Of a DNA stretch of 64,000 nucleotides, positions 1 to 13,058 are shown piece by piece. The stretch comes from Octopus bimaculoides (Eukaryota): positions 1,239,458 to 1,303,457 of the forward strand of contig NC_068985.1 in NCBI RefSeq assembly GCF_001194135.2, written 5' to 3'. Below the pieces are notes generated by a model. It was not told where the DNA came from, searched no databases, and saw nothing but the letters and a program-made list of their open reading frames with translations. The first letter of the stretch is position 1. Every line of letters starts with the position of its first letter. Made by a program: the position numbers and the translations under genes.

Positions 1-313
1 GTTGCCAGTACCGCCTGACTGGCTCCTGTAGGATTTTCGAGCGAGATCGTTGCCAGTGCCCCTGGACTGGCTTGTGCGGGTGGCACATAAAAGACACCAT
101 TTCGAGCGTGGCCGTTTTCGTGCGGGTGACACGTAAAAGCACCCACTACACTCTCTGAGTGGTTGGCGTTAGGAAGGGCATCCAGCTGTAGAAACTCTGC
201 CAAATCAGACTGGAGCCTGGTGTTGCCATCCGGTTTCACCAGTCCTCAGTCAAATCGTCCAACCCATGCTAGCATGGAAAGCGGACGTTAAACGATGATG
301 ATGATGATGATGA
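1..313 (+). mobile_element. RTE LINE 3' UTR (5'-truncated) with (GAT)n tail
   Basis: Same sequence as the UTR following the RTE ORF at 49396-49956 (cacccactacactc...ggaagggcatccagctgtagaaactctgccaaatcag...catggaaagcggacgttaaacgatgatgat). Confidence 0.9.
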
Positions 314-423
314 TATGAAATAATAAATATACAAGTCATATAACATATTATAGAGTGTTAAACAAAGGAAAACGCTTGATTGGATAGGGTCTATATGTTT
401 ATAAAAATAATAAAATTTTATAC

Positions 424-511
424 CTTTTAGCTTCATTCTTTGTGTTTCTTGCCAGCTAAGGCCAATATTCTGCAAATTGTCATTCTCTGGCATAAAACTT
501 GGGCTGCGAAA
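424..511 (-). CDS. Candidate internal coding exon of unidentified gene (FRSPSFMPENDNLQNIGLSWQETQRMKLK)
   Basis: Minus-strand acceptor tttcaatttcacag and donor AAG|gtataa; 88 nt, phase 0 to 1; only one of three frames is open. No homology recognised. Confidence 0.35.
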
Positions 512-926
512 CTGTGAAATTGAAATCTTAATATATTTCGTGTTCGTGTGAAATATTGTAAATCTGAGCCTGTAGTGGTGCCATGTGGTGGACTGCTGTT
601 ATTTGGCAGCATATCAGCTCTGAGCAGAGATAGGATTAAAGGCATTCTTGCCATGTTCATTTCACCATTTTGGAGAGTAGCTAAGACTATATTATCTAAC
701 ATGTTCTGTCCGGCCCATTTTTAGGATGACAGGATGTGATTATTTGAGGAAGTGTTTCAGAGCACAATACAAATATTTACACAATTAAGAATTCTAATTA
801 AAAGTTGTATAGATTGCATTCATTATGATATTTTGCTGATAATTAGAAAAAAAAATTATCAAGAAGCTTGTAATGATGAACCTGATTTTCTTACTGATGC
901 TGTTGCTGATGATGATGAAAAGAAGA

Positions 927-945
927 GGGAATGTGTGTGTGTGTG

Positions 946-994
<49 letters not shown>

Positions 995-1050
995 CAAAAC
1001 NNNNNNNNNNNNNNNNNNNNNNNNNNNNNNNGGGAATGTGTGTGTGTGTG

Positions 1051-1099
<49 letters not shown>

Positions 1100-1105
1100 C
1101 AAAAC
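927..1105. repeat. (TG)n microsatellite duplicated on both sides of a 31-N gap (assembly overlap)
   Basis: gggaatg(tg)n...gccaaaac occurs at 927-1000 and again at 1032-1105. Confidence 0.85.
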
Positions 1106-1803
1106 AATGTCCAAACCATATTGCTGGACCTTGCATGCTTTGCACTCATCTCAGAAACTTGCTTATTTCTAATGTTTCATAGAGCTCAGGTAATTCTACC
1201 CCAAAACAGGGAACACTGTTAATAAATAGAGATGACCATTTATGTATCTGTAAGAAAGAATATGTTAGTGTCAGAAAGAGTGAAAGAGAAATAGAGAAAA
1301 TGAGGGAGAGAGAGAGAGAGAGAGAGAGGAAGAGAATCATACATGAAATAACAGAATTTGCTGAACTGTTGAAAATCATAATGAAATGAAAGTTGCACGG
1401 AAAGATGAGAGAAAGAAGACTCTGCACAGTGAGAAAGGAATTTGGTGTTCCTCCACACAAATGAAGTTTATCTAATTGGTAAGAAATCTCCTTGAAAATG
1501 ACAGACAATCAAATCAGTTCTTATTTTCCATTGTATTAAAATATACACTCACACACAAACACACACAAACACACACAAACACACACACATACATACACAG
1601 GTACTTATACATATGTATAGTTGTATATATGAACATTCATATCTATATGTATAGATTATACATACGTATATCTATATATGTAAGTATATATACATATGCA
1701 TATTACATATATACATACACACATAAATGCATATATATATATACACATATGCATACACACACTTGTATATATATATATATATATATATATGTAGATATAT
1801 ATA

Positions 1804-2628
1804 NNNNNNNNNNNNNNNNNNNNNNNNNNNNNNNNNNNNNNNNNNNNNNNNNNNNNNNNNNNNNNNNNNNNNNNNNNNNNNNNNNNNNNNNNNNNNNNNN
1901 NNNNNNNNNNNNNNNNNNNNNNNNNNNNNNNNNNNNNNNNNNNNNNNNNNNNNNNNNNNNNNNNNNNNNNNNNNNNNNNNNNNNNNNNNNNNNNNNNNNN
2001 NNNNNNNNNNNNNNNNNNNNNNNNNNNNNNNNNNNNNNNNNNNNNNNNNNNNNNNNNNNNNNNNNNNNNNNNNNNNNNNNNNNNNNNNNNNNNNNNNNNN
2101 NNNNNNNNNNNNNNNNNNNNNNNNNNNNNNNNNNNNNNNNNNNNNNNNNNNNNNNNNNNNNNNNNNNNNNNNNNNNNNNNNNNNNNNNNNNNNNNNNNNN
2201 NNNNNNNNNNNNNNNNNNNNNNNNNNNNNNNNNNNNNNNNNNNNNNNNNNNNNNNNNNNNNNNNNNNNNNNNNNNNNNNNNNNNNNNNNNNNNNNNNNNN
2301 NNNNNNNNNNNNNNNNNNNNNNNNNNNNNNNNNNNNNNNNNNNNNNNNNNNNNNNNNNNNNNNNNNNNNNNNNNNNNNNNNNNNNNNNNNNNNNNNNNNN
2401 NNNNNNNNNNNNNNNNNNNNNNNNNNNNNNNNNNNNNNNNNNNNNNNNNNNNNNNNNNNNNNNNNNNNNNNNNNNNNNNNNNNNNNNNNNNNNNNNNNNN
2501 NNNNNNNNNNNNNNNNNNNNNNNNNNNNNNNNNNNNNNNNNNNNNNNNNNNNNNNNNNNNNNNNNNNNNNNNNNNNNNNNNNNNNNNNNNNNNNNNNNNN
2601 NNNNNNNNNNNNNNNNNNNNNNNNNNNN
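1804..2628. other. Assembly gap flanked by (AT)n (other gaps: 1001-1031, 20942-21033, 26781-26880, 50795-51021, 58814-58998, 63486-63754)
   Basis: Runs of N; several are bordered by (AT)n or (AG)n microsatellites. Confidence 0.99.
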
Positions 2629-2661
<33 letters not shown>

Positions 2662-3092
2662 GGTGTGGGAGTGGCTGTGTGGTAAATTGGTGGCTTACCA
2701 ACCACATGGTTCTAGGTTCAGTCCCACTGTGTGGGACCTTGGGCAAGTGTCTAATACTATAGCCTTGGGCCAACCAAAGGCCCTGTGAGTGGATTTGGTA
2801 AAGGGAAACTGAAAGAAGCCCATTGTATACACACACATATATATATGAGATGTGTGTGTGTGCATACATGGGTGTGTATATGTTTGTGTGTCTGTGTTTG
2901 TCCCTCCAACATTGCTTGACAACTGATGGTGGTGTGTTTATGTCCCCATAACTTAGCGGTTGGGCAAAAGAGACCGATTGAATAAGTACTAGGCTTACAA
3001 AGAATAAGTCCTGGGGGCGATTTGTTCCACTAAAAACAGTGCTCCAGCATGGCCGCAATCAAATGACTGAAACAATTAAAAGAATAAAAGAA
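2662..3092 (+). mobile_element. tRNA-derived SINE, family A (resembles octopus OK-type SINE), full length
   Basis: Box A TGGCTGTGTGG, box B-like GGTTCAGTCCC, internal TA/TG microsatellite, tail aaaagaataaaagaa; colinear with 38591-39032. Confidence 0.85.
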
Positions 3093-3093
3093 A

Positions 3094-3166
<73 letters not shown>

Positions 3167-3361
3167 ATGAAATAAGTGGAGCAAGACTGCACATGATGTC
3201 GCTGAAGATGTCACAGATGTGTGATGAAAGATTTCCCGACAATGAACACGAGTTAGAATAAGAATAGTAATAAACAAGTGAAGAATGGATATTATAACGT
3301 GTGCGTTTATTTGGCAAAAAAATGACGTCCCAAAATACAGCAATATATACATATACACTTA

Positions 3362-3667
3362 TCATGGACTCTCCCGTCGTTAGATGACGTATGAGAGTCT
3401 GACAATTTTCTTACTGAACAACCACACAGATGATTTGTTTATAGCGATCAAATGTTTGTGTAGATATAAGCTCACTCTCTCCATCAGATTGGCATTAACT
3501 GTTCAGGTGCAACTAGGTGCTGCATGTCAGATGTTGCAACGATTGCGGAGCAACATAAAATGAAATGCTTTGCTCAAGAACACAACGCAACGCCTAGTCG
3601 GGAAATCGAACCCATGGTCTCACAATCGTGAGTGCAACACCCAAACCACAAAGCCATGCACCTTCAC
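3362..3667 (-). mobile_element. tRNA-derived SINE, family B
   Basis: Minus strand reads gtgaaggtgcaTGGCTTTGTGG...GGTTCGATTTCC...gttcttgagcaaagc; similar heads at 33535 (+) and 41050-41170 (-). Confidence 0.75.
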
Positions 3668-3774
3668 ACATATATATATATATATATATATAATAGATCA
3701 GGATTCGAGTGAATTAGGCATAACTGTAGTGAATTGACACATCATCCATCAATTGTTATTTATATATATATATC

Positions 3775-3885
3775 TCATCATCATCATCGTCGTCATCATT
3801 TAACGTCCGCTTTCCATGCTAGCATGGGTTGGACGATTTGACTGAGGACTGGTGAACCGGATGGCTGCACCAGGCTCCAATCTGA
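3775..3885 (-). mobile_element. RTE 3' tail fragment
   Basis: (CAT)n followed by taacgtccgctttccatgctagcatgggttggacg, the reverse complement of 255-313. Confidence 0.85.
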
Positions 3886-4224
3886 TTATTTTTATACAGA
3901 GGTAAGCAGAGTTAGCAGTTATATTAACCAACTGAGGGATAACATATCCGTATATCTGTGGGTATGCAGGACCATCAGAGTAGAGGTAACAAGAGAAGAA
4001 ACAAAAGTTTATCAGGAGTCAAATTTAGATAATTAGAAAATGGAGAAAACCTTTGATCAATAAATCAATTGGACCACATCTGTAGCCCATTTTATATATG
4101 TGTATGTGTGTGTGTGTGTGTGTGGGGGTAAACAGCAATCATGCCCACTACTCAGTACTAGCACAGTTGATGAACTTTTAAATTCCACGATCAAGAGCCC
4201 TTCACTGCATCCCTGATCATGAGC

Positions 4225-4647
4225 AGAAGTAGTGGCGGAGCATCATAACCATGTGTTGATAGGAATTCTTTGGGGTTTGAATAGTTCGCCTCTGGAAACG
4301 TGGGTGTTTCGTTCAACATCCTTAAACAACCCTTATTCAGGGACCTTTTGAGCAGGATGGGCTACTGGACCTGAAGAAAATTCTAATTGGGTCCACCTGC
4401 AAGGTCATGCGCTGTTTGTCTTGATATGGGATCACTATGCTGTGCACATATTGTTGTGATGCATGTGCCTGGTGCACCCTTATCAGACGGGTAGTCATGA
4501 TGAGTGTATTGGGCTTCGTATATTTGTACCCCAGTGTCCCTTTGATGGCATGCACTGCTCTCTCACTCAATAATAATAATAATAATAATAATGGTAATGA
4601 TGATAATAATAATAATAATGATAATAATAATAATGATGATGATGATG
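4225..4647 (+). mobile_element. Probable retroposon 3' end with (AAT)n/(GAT)n tail
   Basis: GC-richer block ending ctctctcactc followed directly by a long (AAT)n tail. Family not identified. Confidence 0.5.
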
Positions 4648-4660
4648 AATATTATCATAC

Positions 4661-4900
4661 CTGCATTAGTTTTAATATTAAGATTGAAAAAAAATTGGCC
4701 CTGTTTGTAAAATAAATTGGACCTGAATATGCACCCCCTAAGCAAATTTCTTTCCCGGGCCACTGCACATCAGCCTGATTTACAAGTTTATTTCTGGTTA
4801 CACATGAGTAATAAGGAAACTCTCCTGTTTTGTTTAACTTCAGCAGAAGAAGAATGGTAACTGTGCGTGAGCTTAAAAGACATATTGGATTAGGCAGAGA
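4661..4900 (-). CDS. Candidate 240-nt exon (80 open codons, phase 0-0)
   Basis: Acceptor gctttatttcattttatcag, donor CAG|gtatga. Peptide SLPNPICLLSSRTVTILLLLKLNKTGEFPYYSCVTRNKLVNQADVQWPGKEICLGGAYSGPIYFTNRANFFSILILKLMQ, not recognised. Confidence 0.2.
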
Positions 4901-5560
4901 CTGATAAAATGAAATAAAGCTTTTACATTAGCTAAAGCAAATAGACCTGTACAATTTCTTTACAGAAGAACTTTTAATTTCAAAATTAGATTTTAAAATT
5001 ATCCTTAGAGCAACTTTTGAAATGGGTATTATATACTAAGGCTGGAAAGATAACTGTTCAGAATACAGGTAGATATTTCATGTATAAAGGGATTTGTAAA
5101 GAACTCAGAAAGATATAGGCAGAAAATATTACCTATACCTGAGAACTTTGTGGTAGATATTAGAGTATCAAGGAAAGAGGAATGGTGGCGAGAAAGAAAA
5201 GGAAGGGTTATAACTTGTGCCAAAAATGTTGGTGCATCTATAATTAGTTACAAGAAATCAGATTGACTAGAGGTGTGAGGAGGTGTGAGAAAGCCTTAGG
5301 TTGAAGGTGGATGAAGAGAGAGAGGGAGTTATGTCATTGAAAGAATAAAATAGCTTTCCTCCTCCCCCTCCTCTTCTTTTTCTTCTTCTTTTCCTCCTTA
5401 TTCCATCTTTTTGGTTTGTCTTCTCATTGACTTTCATTGACCTATTGAGCCACTAAAATATCTTTTTCTTCACCTCCATTTTCTTCCAGAATTATCTATT
5501 TTTGATTTGATTGTGTCTAATAGAACATGTTTTAACCTAGAATTATATAGAAGAGACATA

Positions 5561-6471
5561 TATGGGGCTACCTAACAGAAACCGAAATTTTGCAATATTA
5601 TTTTATTCACTTAGTTTTACACGTTTACACTTTTATTGCTTTCAAAATATTCTCCATTTGAAGCAATGCACGTCCAGGCACATTTCCCACTATTTGACGC
5701 AGTGCTTGAACTCTTGGTGAAGTGGTGCCTTTTAACGTCTCCATCATTTTTTGTTTATTCACCTCTTCCACATCTATAAATTCCGTAGCACCAGCTATTG
5801 TCATCAAAGATGACCTTCGAAAAAAGATCCAAATCAATTCCCAACTGTTCTTTCAGTTCACAACAGGCATTAAGTCGTGACTGCTTTTGATCTTCCATGA
5901 ACAAAGATGACACAAATTTTGCTGCAACTCTTTTCATTCACAGTTCCTCTCTCAAAACTCGTTGGCAGGGGCTCCAGGACACCCCAGTCATATCAACAAG
6001 TTCATCAATTGTTTGGTGAAGGTCCTCCAAGATCAGTTTATGAATTTTCATAAAGTTTTCATTCATTTGGGACGTCTACTGTTGTCCTGAATGAGGTTAG
6101 TCTTTGAGTAACAAGTGACCATTCCTAAAGCATGAAAACCACTTGTAAACTTGTGTTTTGCTCATGGCAGCATCCTTGTGAGGCTGTTCAAAGCATGACA
6201 ACTGTTTTGGCTGCTGTTTTTCCCAGCAGGAAACAGAATTTCATGGAAGCACACTCTTTCTTCATTTCAGCCATCACAAAAATTGGTGAACCAGGGAGAA
6301 ACACTGCAAAACAAAGCTGCACCAAGTAAAAGTATGATATCCTTAGATGATGCCTGTTGGCAGACTGATGCCTGAGGGTTGTGTTAAGTGGTTTCTAGTA
6401 GCAGAAGCCTGAACTACAACAGGCTTGTCCCACAGAGAACGTTTCCACTTACTTTTGAGTATCCCATTGTA
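5561..6471 (-). mobile_element. Mariner transposon, internally deleted, both termini retained
   Basis: Decayed transposase KFCFLLGKTAAKTVVML...MSKTQVYKWF...MKRVAAKFV...FSKVIFDDNSWCYG joined directly to C-terminal EFIDVEEV...CIASNGEYFE. Imperfect TIRs with TA at 5561 and 6470-6471. Confidence 0.9.
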
Positions 6472-9189
6472 TTAATCCTTTTTATACCTGTTTTGCGCCT
6501 ATTTCCCTCCAATTTCCTTATAACTAAAACCTGTTTCGGAACCCTTTTCTCTCTTAATATATAGCCATCACTTCATCCACCATTTGTCTACCTTCTCCCA
6601 ATTTCTCACTACACCTAAATTCTCTCTTCTCATAACTAATTAGAGATCAAGTAACATTTACACTCAAGATGAATACCTTCCATTCCTTATCTTTAATCCT
6701 TTCCATTAATCTCTTCTCCCCTTCACTTCAATAAATGTACAATTTCGATGTCTTCTGTAACTATGAATTATATCAGCTGAACAAAATAACTTTTTTCTCC
6801 AACAAGCTCCTTCACTGCAAAACATACGGCTATCTGCAATAAAGTATTTAATATAGCATGTCATACAATTCTCAATGTGTTACTCATCATTGAGACCTTA
6901 ACTTTATTTGAAAGTGGAGTCGAGTTTATAACTAGCCTTCCATATGTGATTGGTTTGGACAAGTTAGTAAACTTCTGCTTCATCTGTTATTGCCTCTACT
7001 TTGCATGACTGATTGAGCTGCCATGCATTAGTGTCTCTGAACATGAACACAGCCTTTGTTTATTTTATTAGCTTATATACCATAATAGTTTTCATGACAG
7101 TTGTACAGCTGTAACTCACTTTTAGACAATTCCTATTCAATAGCTATATGCACAGCTGGTTATTGGAGAAATGCTAATAAGTTAGGATTTGGAAATTGGT
7201 AATATTTGACTTAACATTTGAGTAAAAATTAGGCTGTTAGATGTTGCATTGCAGTTAGTTCTAGAATTGGAAGACTTTCGAAATTAGAATTATAATCTCA
7301 TCTTTGAGCTGCCAGCAGCTACAGCCCTATTGTAATAAGAGAGTTCTTTGTTGAAGATTATTAGATGAAAGGTGGAAGATCTTTCTAATAATGTTGCTCA
7401 TTCAAAAAAACATGTGCTAGTGGCACAAGTTGATGTTAATTTATGATATTCCAGAAACAACTAAACCTAGGATGAAATCTAAGAAATTTACGATAAGTTT
7501 GATGCCAAGGGTTAATGTTAGGTCAAATTTCATAAATTTGTTTGTCTTGGTTTTTCTTGAATGGTCCATTGTATGTTTACTGACATGCTATGATGGCATA
7601 TAAAACAGTCATCTCTACATAATCTAGTATTTCTCCTCACCTCTATGTTGTCTGATATTCAATGTAGTGAATTTCTTACTTAGTGAGTTTAATATAAGCT
7701 GATGAGATCGTATATTTCTGAGCTATGGAAGAACTTGATATTCACATTGAATGATCAACTAATAAGGTCTGATTTTTTGTTTTTTTTACTCAGGACAAAT
7801 CCTTGTTGGAGAGCAGTCTCCTCTAAGCATGCCTAACGATATCAACATGATTATCATTATCTGTATCATTATGCACTCCAGAAACACTTTGGGTGCTAAT
7901 GAACAGAGATTTAGAAATCAATGTACAAAATGTCAAATTGAGTGAACTTAATCGCATTTATTGATAATAATAATAATAATAATGATGATAATAATAATAT
8001 GGAATCAACGAATTGCTTTACTACAGTTATTTTTGTTCTATTACTAGAATCTGGTTGCCTTACTAATGCTATTAATTATTTCCAAGATATCCTTGCTATG
8101 TAATCAAATTTTGCTTTTTTATTTTTAAGGGTTAATCAATCTATATTTTGCATCCGAGGTAAAATTTTCTTTGTGACCTTTTAGTTTAGCGTACACTTTG
8201 CAATTAGTTAGACATTCTAACTTACAATTTTTACTTCAATATTTTATATTTCTGCTTTTTAGCAGTTTTAGGTAAATCATTATTCATTGTTTAAGTGTTT
8301 TTGTTTCTAAAAAAAGAAAAAAAAATGTATTTGCTGCTTCGGAGAATAGAAAAGTTGTTTTGATATCTTTTATCATCCAAGAAAATATACAAAGGCTAAG
8401 TGCACTTACAGAAACACAAATATATACCAATTCCATGAATACTGCAAGGAAGAGGTGAGTGCATAATCAAAAGTGGCCCTACAAAACCAAACCACACCAC
8501 AGATCTTAAACACTATTTCGTAATAGCAGAAGACATGTTTAGAAAACATTACATTAGCTATGCATGTTTCAGGCAGAGAAAAAAGAACCACAAAAATATT
8601 GAGGTATGTCTGGCACTTAGAGGAGTATGGTACTGATTTTGGCAACATGTTTAGAGATCATATTGAGAAAACAACCACAAACCAGTGAGTCAAAAAGTGA
8701 AACTTATGTTCAAATATGAAGGGACTTGACTTCTATTGGGAGGAATTCTGAGGAATTCCAACCAGGTTTTGTGGTTCACTACCTCAATAGGTCTTTCATA
8801 GGATCCAGTGGCTAAAGACATCACCAGGAGGAACCACGTCCGGTTTCAGCCCCTACTCCTCTACCGTTTTTGACATGGCAGGGCCCCACCTTTCGGAGCT
8901 GTCTTCAGCTCTGGTGTTGAGTGCGTTTTTCCTTTCTCCTTTTTTCTTTGGCCTTTTGTTCTTTGGTTTCTTTGATGCAGCATCAACGAATTTCAGCAGA
9001 CAAATGAACATCCTGCCAAAGTTCCCTTTAAATACTCGCTAGTTGGCTCCAGTAGCCAGCACCAGCTAACTATCATGTGACACTGTCTAAGCTTCAACTG
9101 ACCAATGGAAGGGAAGGACGCATAGTTTTGGCCCGTGCCCTCTTTAAACCTCCCTTTCAATAGTGTCGTGTTAGTTTCAGTTCCAGCAG

Positions 9190-10635
9190 CCAGAGCCAAT
9201 CAGCTGTTTGGTGCATCAGCACTTTTGAGAAATTCTCTAAATACAAGAATTCTATACAAAACGTCACCTCAAGAAATCTTGAAGCTTTTTTTATAAACGT
9301 AATGCTCCATTATGAATCAATTCCAGAGACATGTTGTCTAAGTGTGGAACTTTCTTGGATGCATTATGTTGGTAACTTCACTGATATCCAGCAGAGTGGA
9401 AGATATTACAGTACAGAAAATAGAAAATGATCAAAAGAATTTCTTTTGTGGAATTCTTGTTTAGAAATGTGTTTCCACCATTTCAAGACATTCCACTTGT
9501 AGGTGTAGGTGGGATCCCTGAAATTGTTATCTAATTTCAATGCTTCTCTGAAACTATATTCTTCCAGGCAGCTCTTTGATTCCTGCACAGAAGTTTAGCT
9601 AGTTTCAGAAATCAGTGCATTTCTAAAGTTCTTCAGATTTTTCCTGCCACCAGTTGTTCTGCATCTCTTTTATAAATGTTTGATGTCTTTACACTGGATG
9701 TTGGAGCCAATTCATGAGAAAATGGGTCTTTTCCTGTGACATTGGTGAGTAGAGATTTTTTTGTTACTGTCATCAAACCTACCATAATTCTTCTTTTACA
9801 CTAAACCAATTATTTTCTCTGTAGATGCTTTGGAGAGCAGTCCATATTTTTGTCTTCAAGTTTTATGAATTGGATAGGGTTATGGTAAATAATAATGGTC
9901 CTAGAACTGTACACTGAGGTATACCACTTATTACAGGTGACTTTGCTAAGAGATAACCGTTTGCAGCAACAGATTGATTCCTATCCTGTAGGAAGTCAAA
10001 GAGTCATTCTCAGAGTTTTTCTATGATACTGAGATCCCTTATCCTATCACAGATGATTCCATCATCAATCTTGTCAAACGCTTAGCAAAATCACGGAACA
10101 TGCAGTCAGTGTCCGTTCCATTGAGGAGATTATTGAGGATAGTGTTATGGTGTTGTAATAGCTGTGTCAGGCAATCTTGTCCAGTTCGAAAACCATGCTG
10201 TGTATTATCTGAGAGGCTGCTTTTCTCAAGAGATGCAGTTATTCTTTTTTGGAAAATGTGTTCTACAGTTACAGATATGTGAGACATGAGAGAAACAGGT
10301 CTGTAATTTTTAGCTTCAGTCCTGCTACTTCTGCTATGGATAGGTGTTACTGTTGCTTCTTTCAATAGTTCTAGGAATATGCCGGTTTGAAATAGCAACT
10401 TTAATTGCTTGGTGAGGCTGTTTTTGCAAGTTTCCAATAGTATGACTGGGAGACCATTTGGTCCTGGTGCTGAATTTGAATCTAGATCATTAATGGCTGT
10501 AACTATGTCTTCTTCCTTAATATCTAGAATCTCTAGACGTGTCTCTGTAGTTGAATTCTGGGGATCGAAACAAGCTAAATATAAAAGATACTCATAAACA
10601 AAGGGCTTCTTTCTGTTTTCGTCAACCAAATGCAT
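9190..10635 (-). mobile_element. CR1/Jockey-group LINE ORF2 relic (reverse transcriptase)
   Basis: ORF 10039-10635 has SAPGPNG, KNYRPVSL, QHGFR and DFAK. It continues with stops as DFLQDRNQSV...GIPQCTVLGPLLF. YADD region not found. Confidence 0.9.
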
Positions 10636-10744
10636 TCACAAGGGTTTGAGTGGCCTGGGGCCCTAGTTGAAAACACTTACCCCATGTGCATCACTGCTGG
10701 ACTGAACCTGTAATTAACAGATATATATATAGTTATATAAATAC

Positions 10745-10793
<49 letters not shown>

Positions 10794-10924
10794 GCACACA
10801 TGCATGTGTGTATGTGTATATATTGGTTGAAAGGCAGATAAAAATATGATTACTGTTGGAAGAGTTGCAGAATTGAAAGTAAGAGACGGAATGAGAGACA
10901 TAAGAAGAAAAGAGCCTTTCTAGA

Positions 10925-11430
<506 letters not shown>

Positions 11431-11774
11431 GAGCAATCTAAATAATGGGATATTTTACTGTTATCCTTTCTAGAAGCATCTATATTTCATATCAAATTCC
11501 CAAAGCATTGTTAGATAAAACTTTAGGATCAAAGCTATTATTCTGTTATCATCAATTCAAACAATTCCATCTAGTTAAGCATCTTTGCATGGTTATTTCT
11601 GATTACTATACAGAAGAAACGGAGCTGGTCAATATAGCTCAGTTGATAAATGCGTAACTCTAGCTTGAGAACGTACAGGATCAATCTCTTCAAATCACAT
11701 ATGTGCTGGGTTTGCTTTACGTACCATCCCGTGAAAATAAACAGCAAGACTACCAATACAACAAGCAGGGATTT

Positions 11775-11805
<31 letters not shown>

Positions 11806-11874
11806 ACATACATTTATATATTTATGTATATACGTATATACATATGAGTGTATATATATGTATATGTGTGTGTA

Positions 11875-11906
<32 letters not shown>

Positions 11907-12334
11907 CATACACACACATATATGTACATGCATGTATATATTTATGTGTGTGTGTGTGTGTATGATCAATTCTTAGTTAACAGCTAGGATTTTAATATAA
12001 ATTATGGAGGGTATTATAAACATGAAGTCAGCAGAGGAGAGCAACAACAGGCTTGAGATGTGATTCAAATTTCACATCATGCAAATATTGTTTGTCAATA
12101 AAATTACACAGTTTCAACTTATTTCCTCTCACTCACAGATTAACCACCACAAGTCTTTTATTAACTCCAGAAGTTATCTTACAGGTTTCATAGATAATTG
12201 TTCAAGTGACGTAGCAGACACAGTGGGATCAAATACGAAATTACACGATTGTACAGCTAAATTCTTATGACATGCTCATAATCACAATACTGTTTATAAA
12301 TGCTTTGTAATTTGAATGAAGCCATGAAGACAAT

Positions 12335-12525
12335 GAGCTGGTAGAATCGTTACCATGCTGGGCAAAATGCCTTGTGGCACTTCTTCCGTCTTTACAGCCT
12401 GAGTTCAAATTATGTCACAATTGGCTTTGCCTTTCGCCCCGTTTCGGGTTGATAAAATGGGTACTAGTCGAGTACTGGGGTTGACATAATCAACTTAATC
12501 CCTCCCCCAAAATTGCTGATCTTGA
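12335..12525 (+). mobile_element. Short SINE-like repeat, family C
   Basis: gagctggtagaatcgtt...ctgagttcaaatt...ctttgcctttc...gtactggggttga. Other copies at 12908-13058 (-), 14820-14940 (+), 16612-16785 (-), 28490-28606 (-). Confidence 0.75.
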
Positions 12526-12907
12526 CAGCAATATGAGTAAGGCCATTTTAATACTACTAATAATCACAGCGTCACAGTATTGACCTGACCATCAGATGCT
12601 GTTACACACTGCTGATCACAATGCCCTTCCAGTTCTGTCTTGATTGCACCATTCTTTTCCATCATGACCCAAATTGCTTAACTAAATCATCTTCCCTTCA
12701 TTGTAGAGGCCTTCCAAGTGGCCTTTTCCAAACACTTGGATTACCTCTCAACAATTGCATGGATCCAGCTCGGCTCTGTGAACCTAGGCAGCATATCCAG
12801 CCCAGTGGAATTTGTGATTTTCGTATTCTTATTTCTTTACTACCCACAAGGGGCTACACACAGAGGGGACAAACACGGACAGACAAACGGATTAAGTCAA
12901 TTATATG

Positions 12908-13058
12908 GACCTCAGTGCATAACTGGTACTTATTTAATCAACCCCGAAAGGATGAAAGGCAAAGACGGCCTCGGTGGAATTGGAACTCAGAACATAAAGA
13001 CAGACGAAATACCGCTAGCCATTTCGCCTGGCGTACTAACGTTTCTGCCACCCTCGCC
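12908..13058 (-). mobile_element. Family C SINE-like copy, inverted relative to 12335-12525
   Basis: Reverse complement ggtggcagaaacgttagtacgccaggcgaaatg...ctgagttccaattccaccgagg...ctttgcctttcatcctttcgggg aligns to the plus-strand copy. Confidence 0.8.

Noticed and set aside
482-511. Resemblance of FRSPSFMPEN to the CDC25C RSPSMPEN motif
   Set aside because: Extra residue and no further similarity; too short to assign.
1476-3058. Long ORFs (311-451 aa) in the ORF track
   Set aside because: They span an N gap and (AT)n/(CA)n tracts; X-rich and YI/HT-repeat translations. The same applies at 50441-51165, 58684-59258 and 63393-63779.
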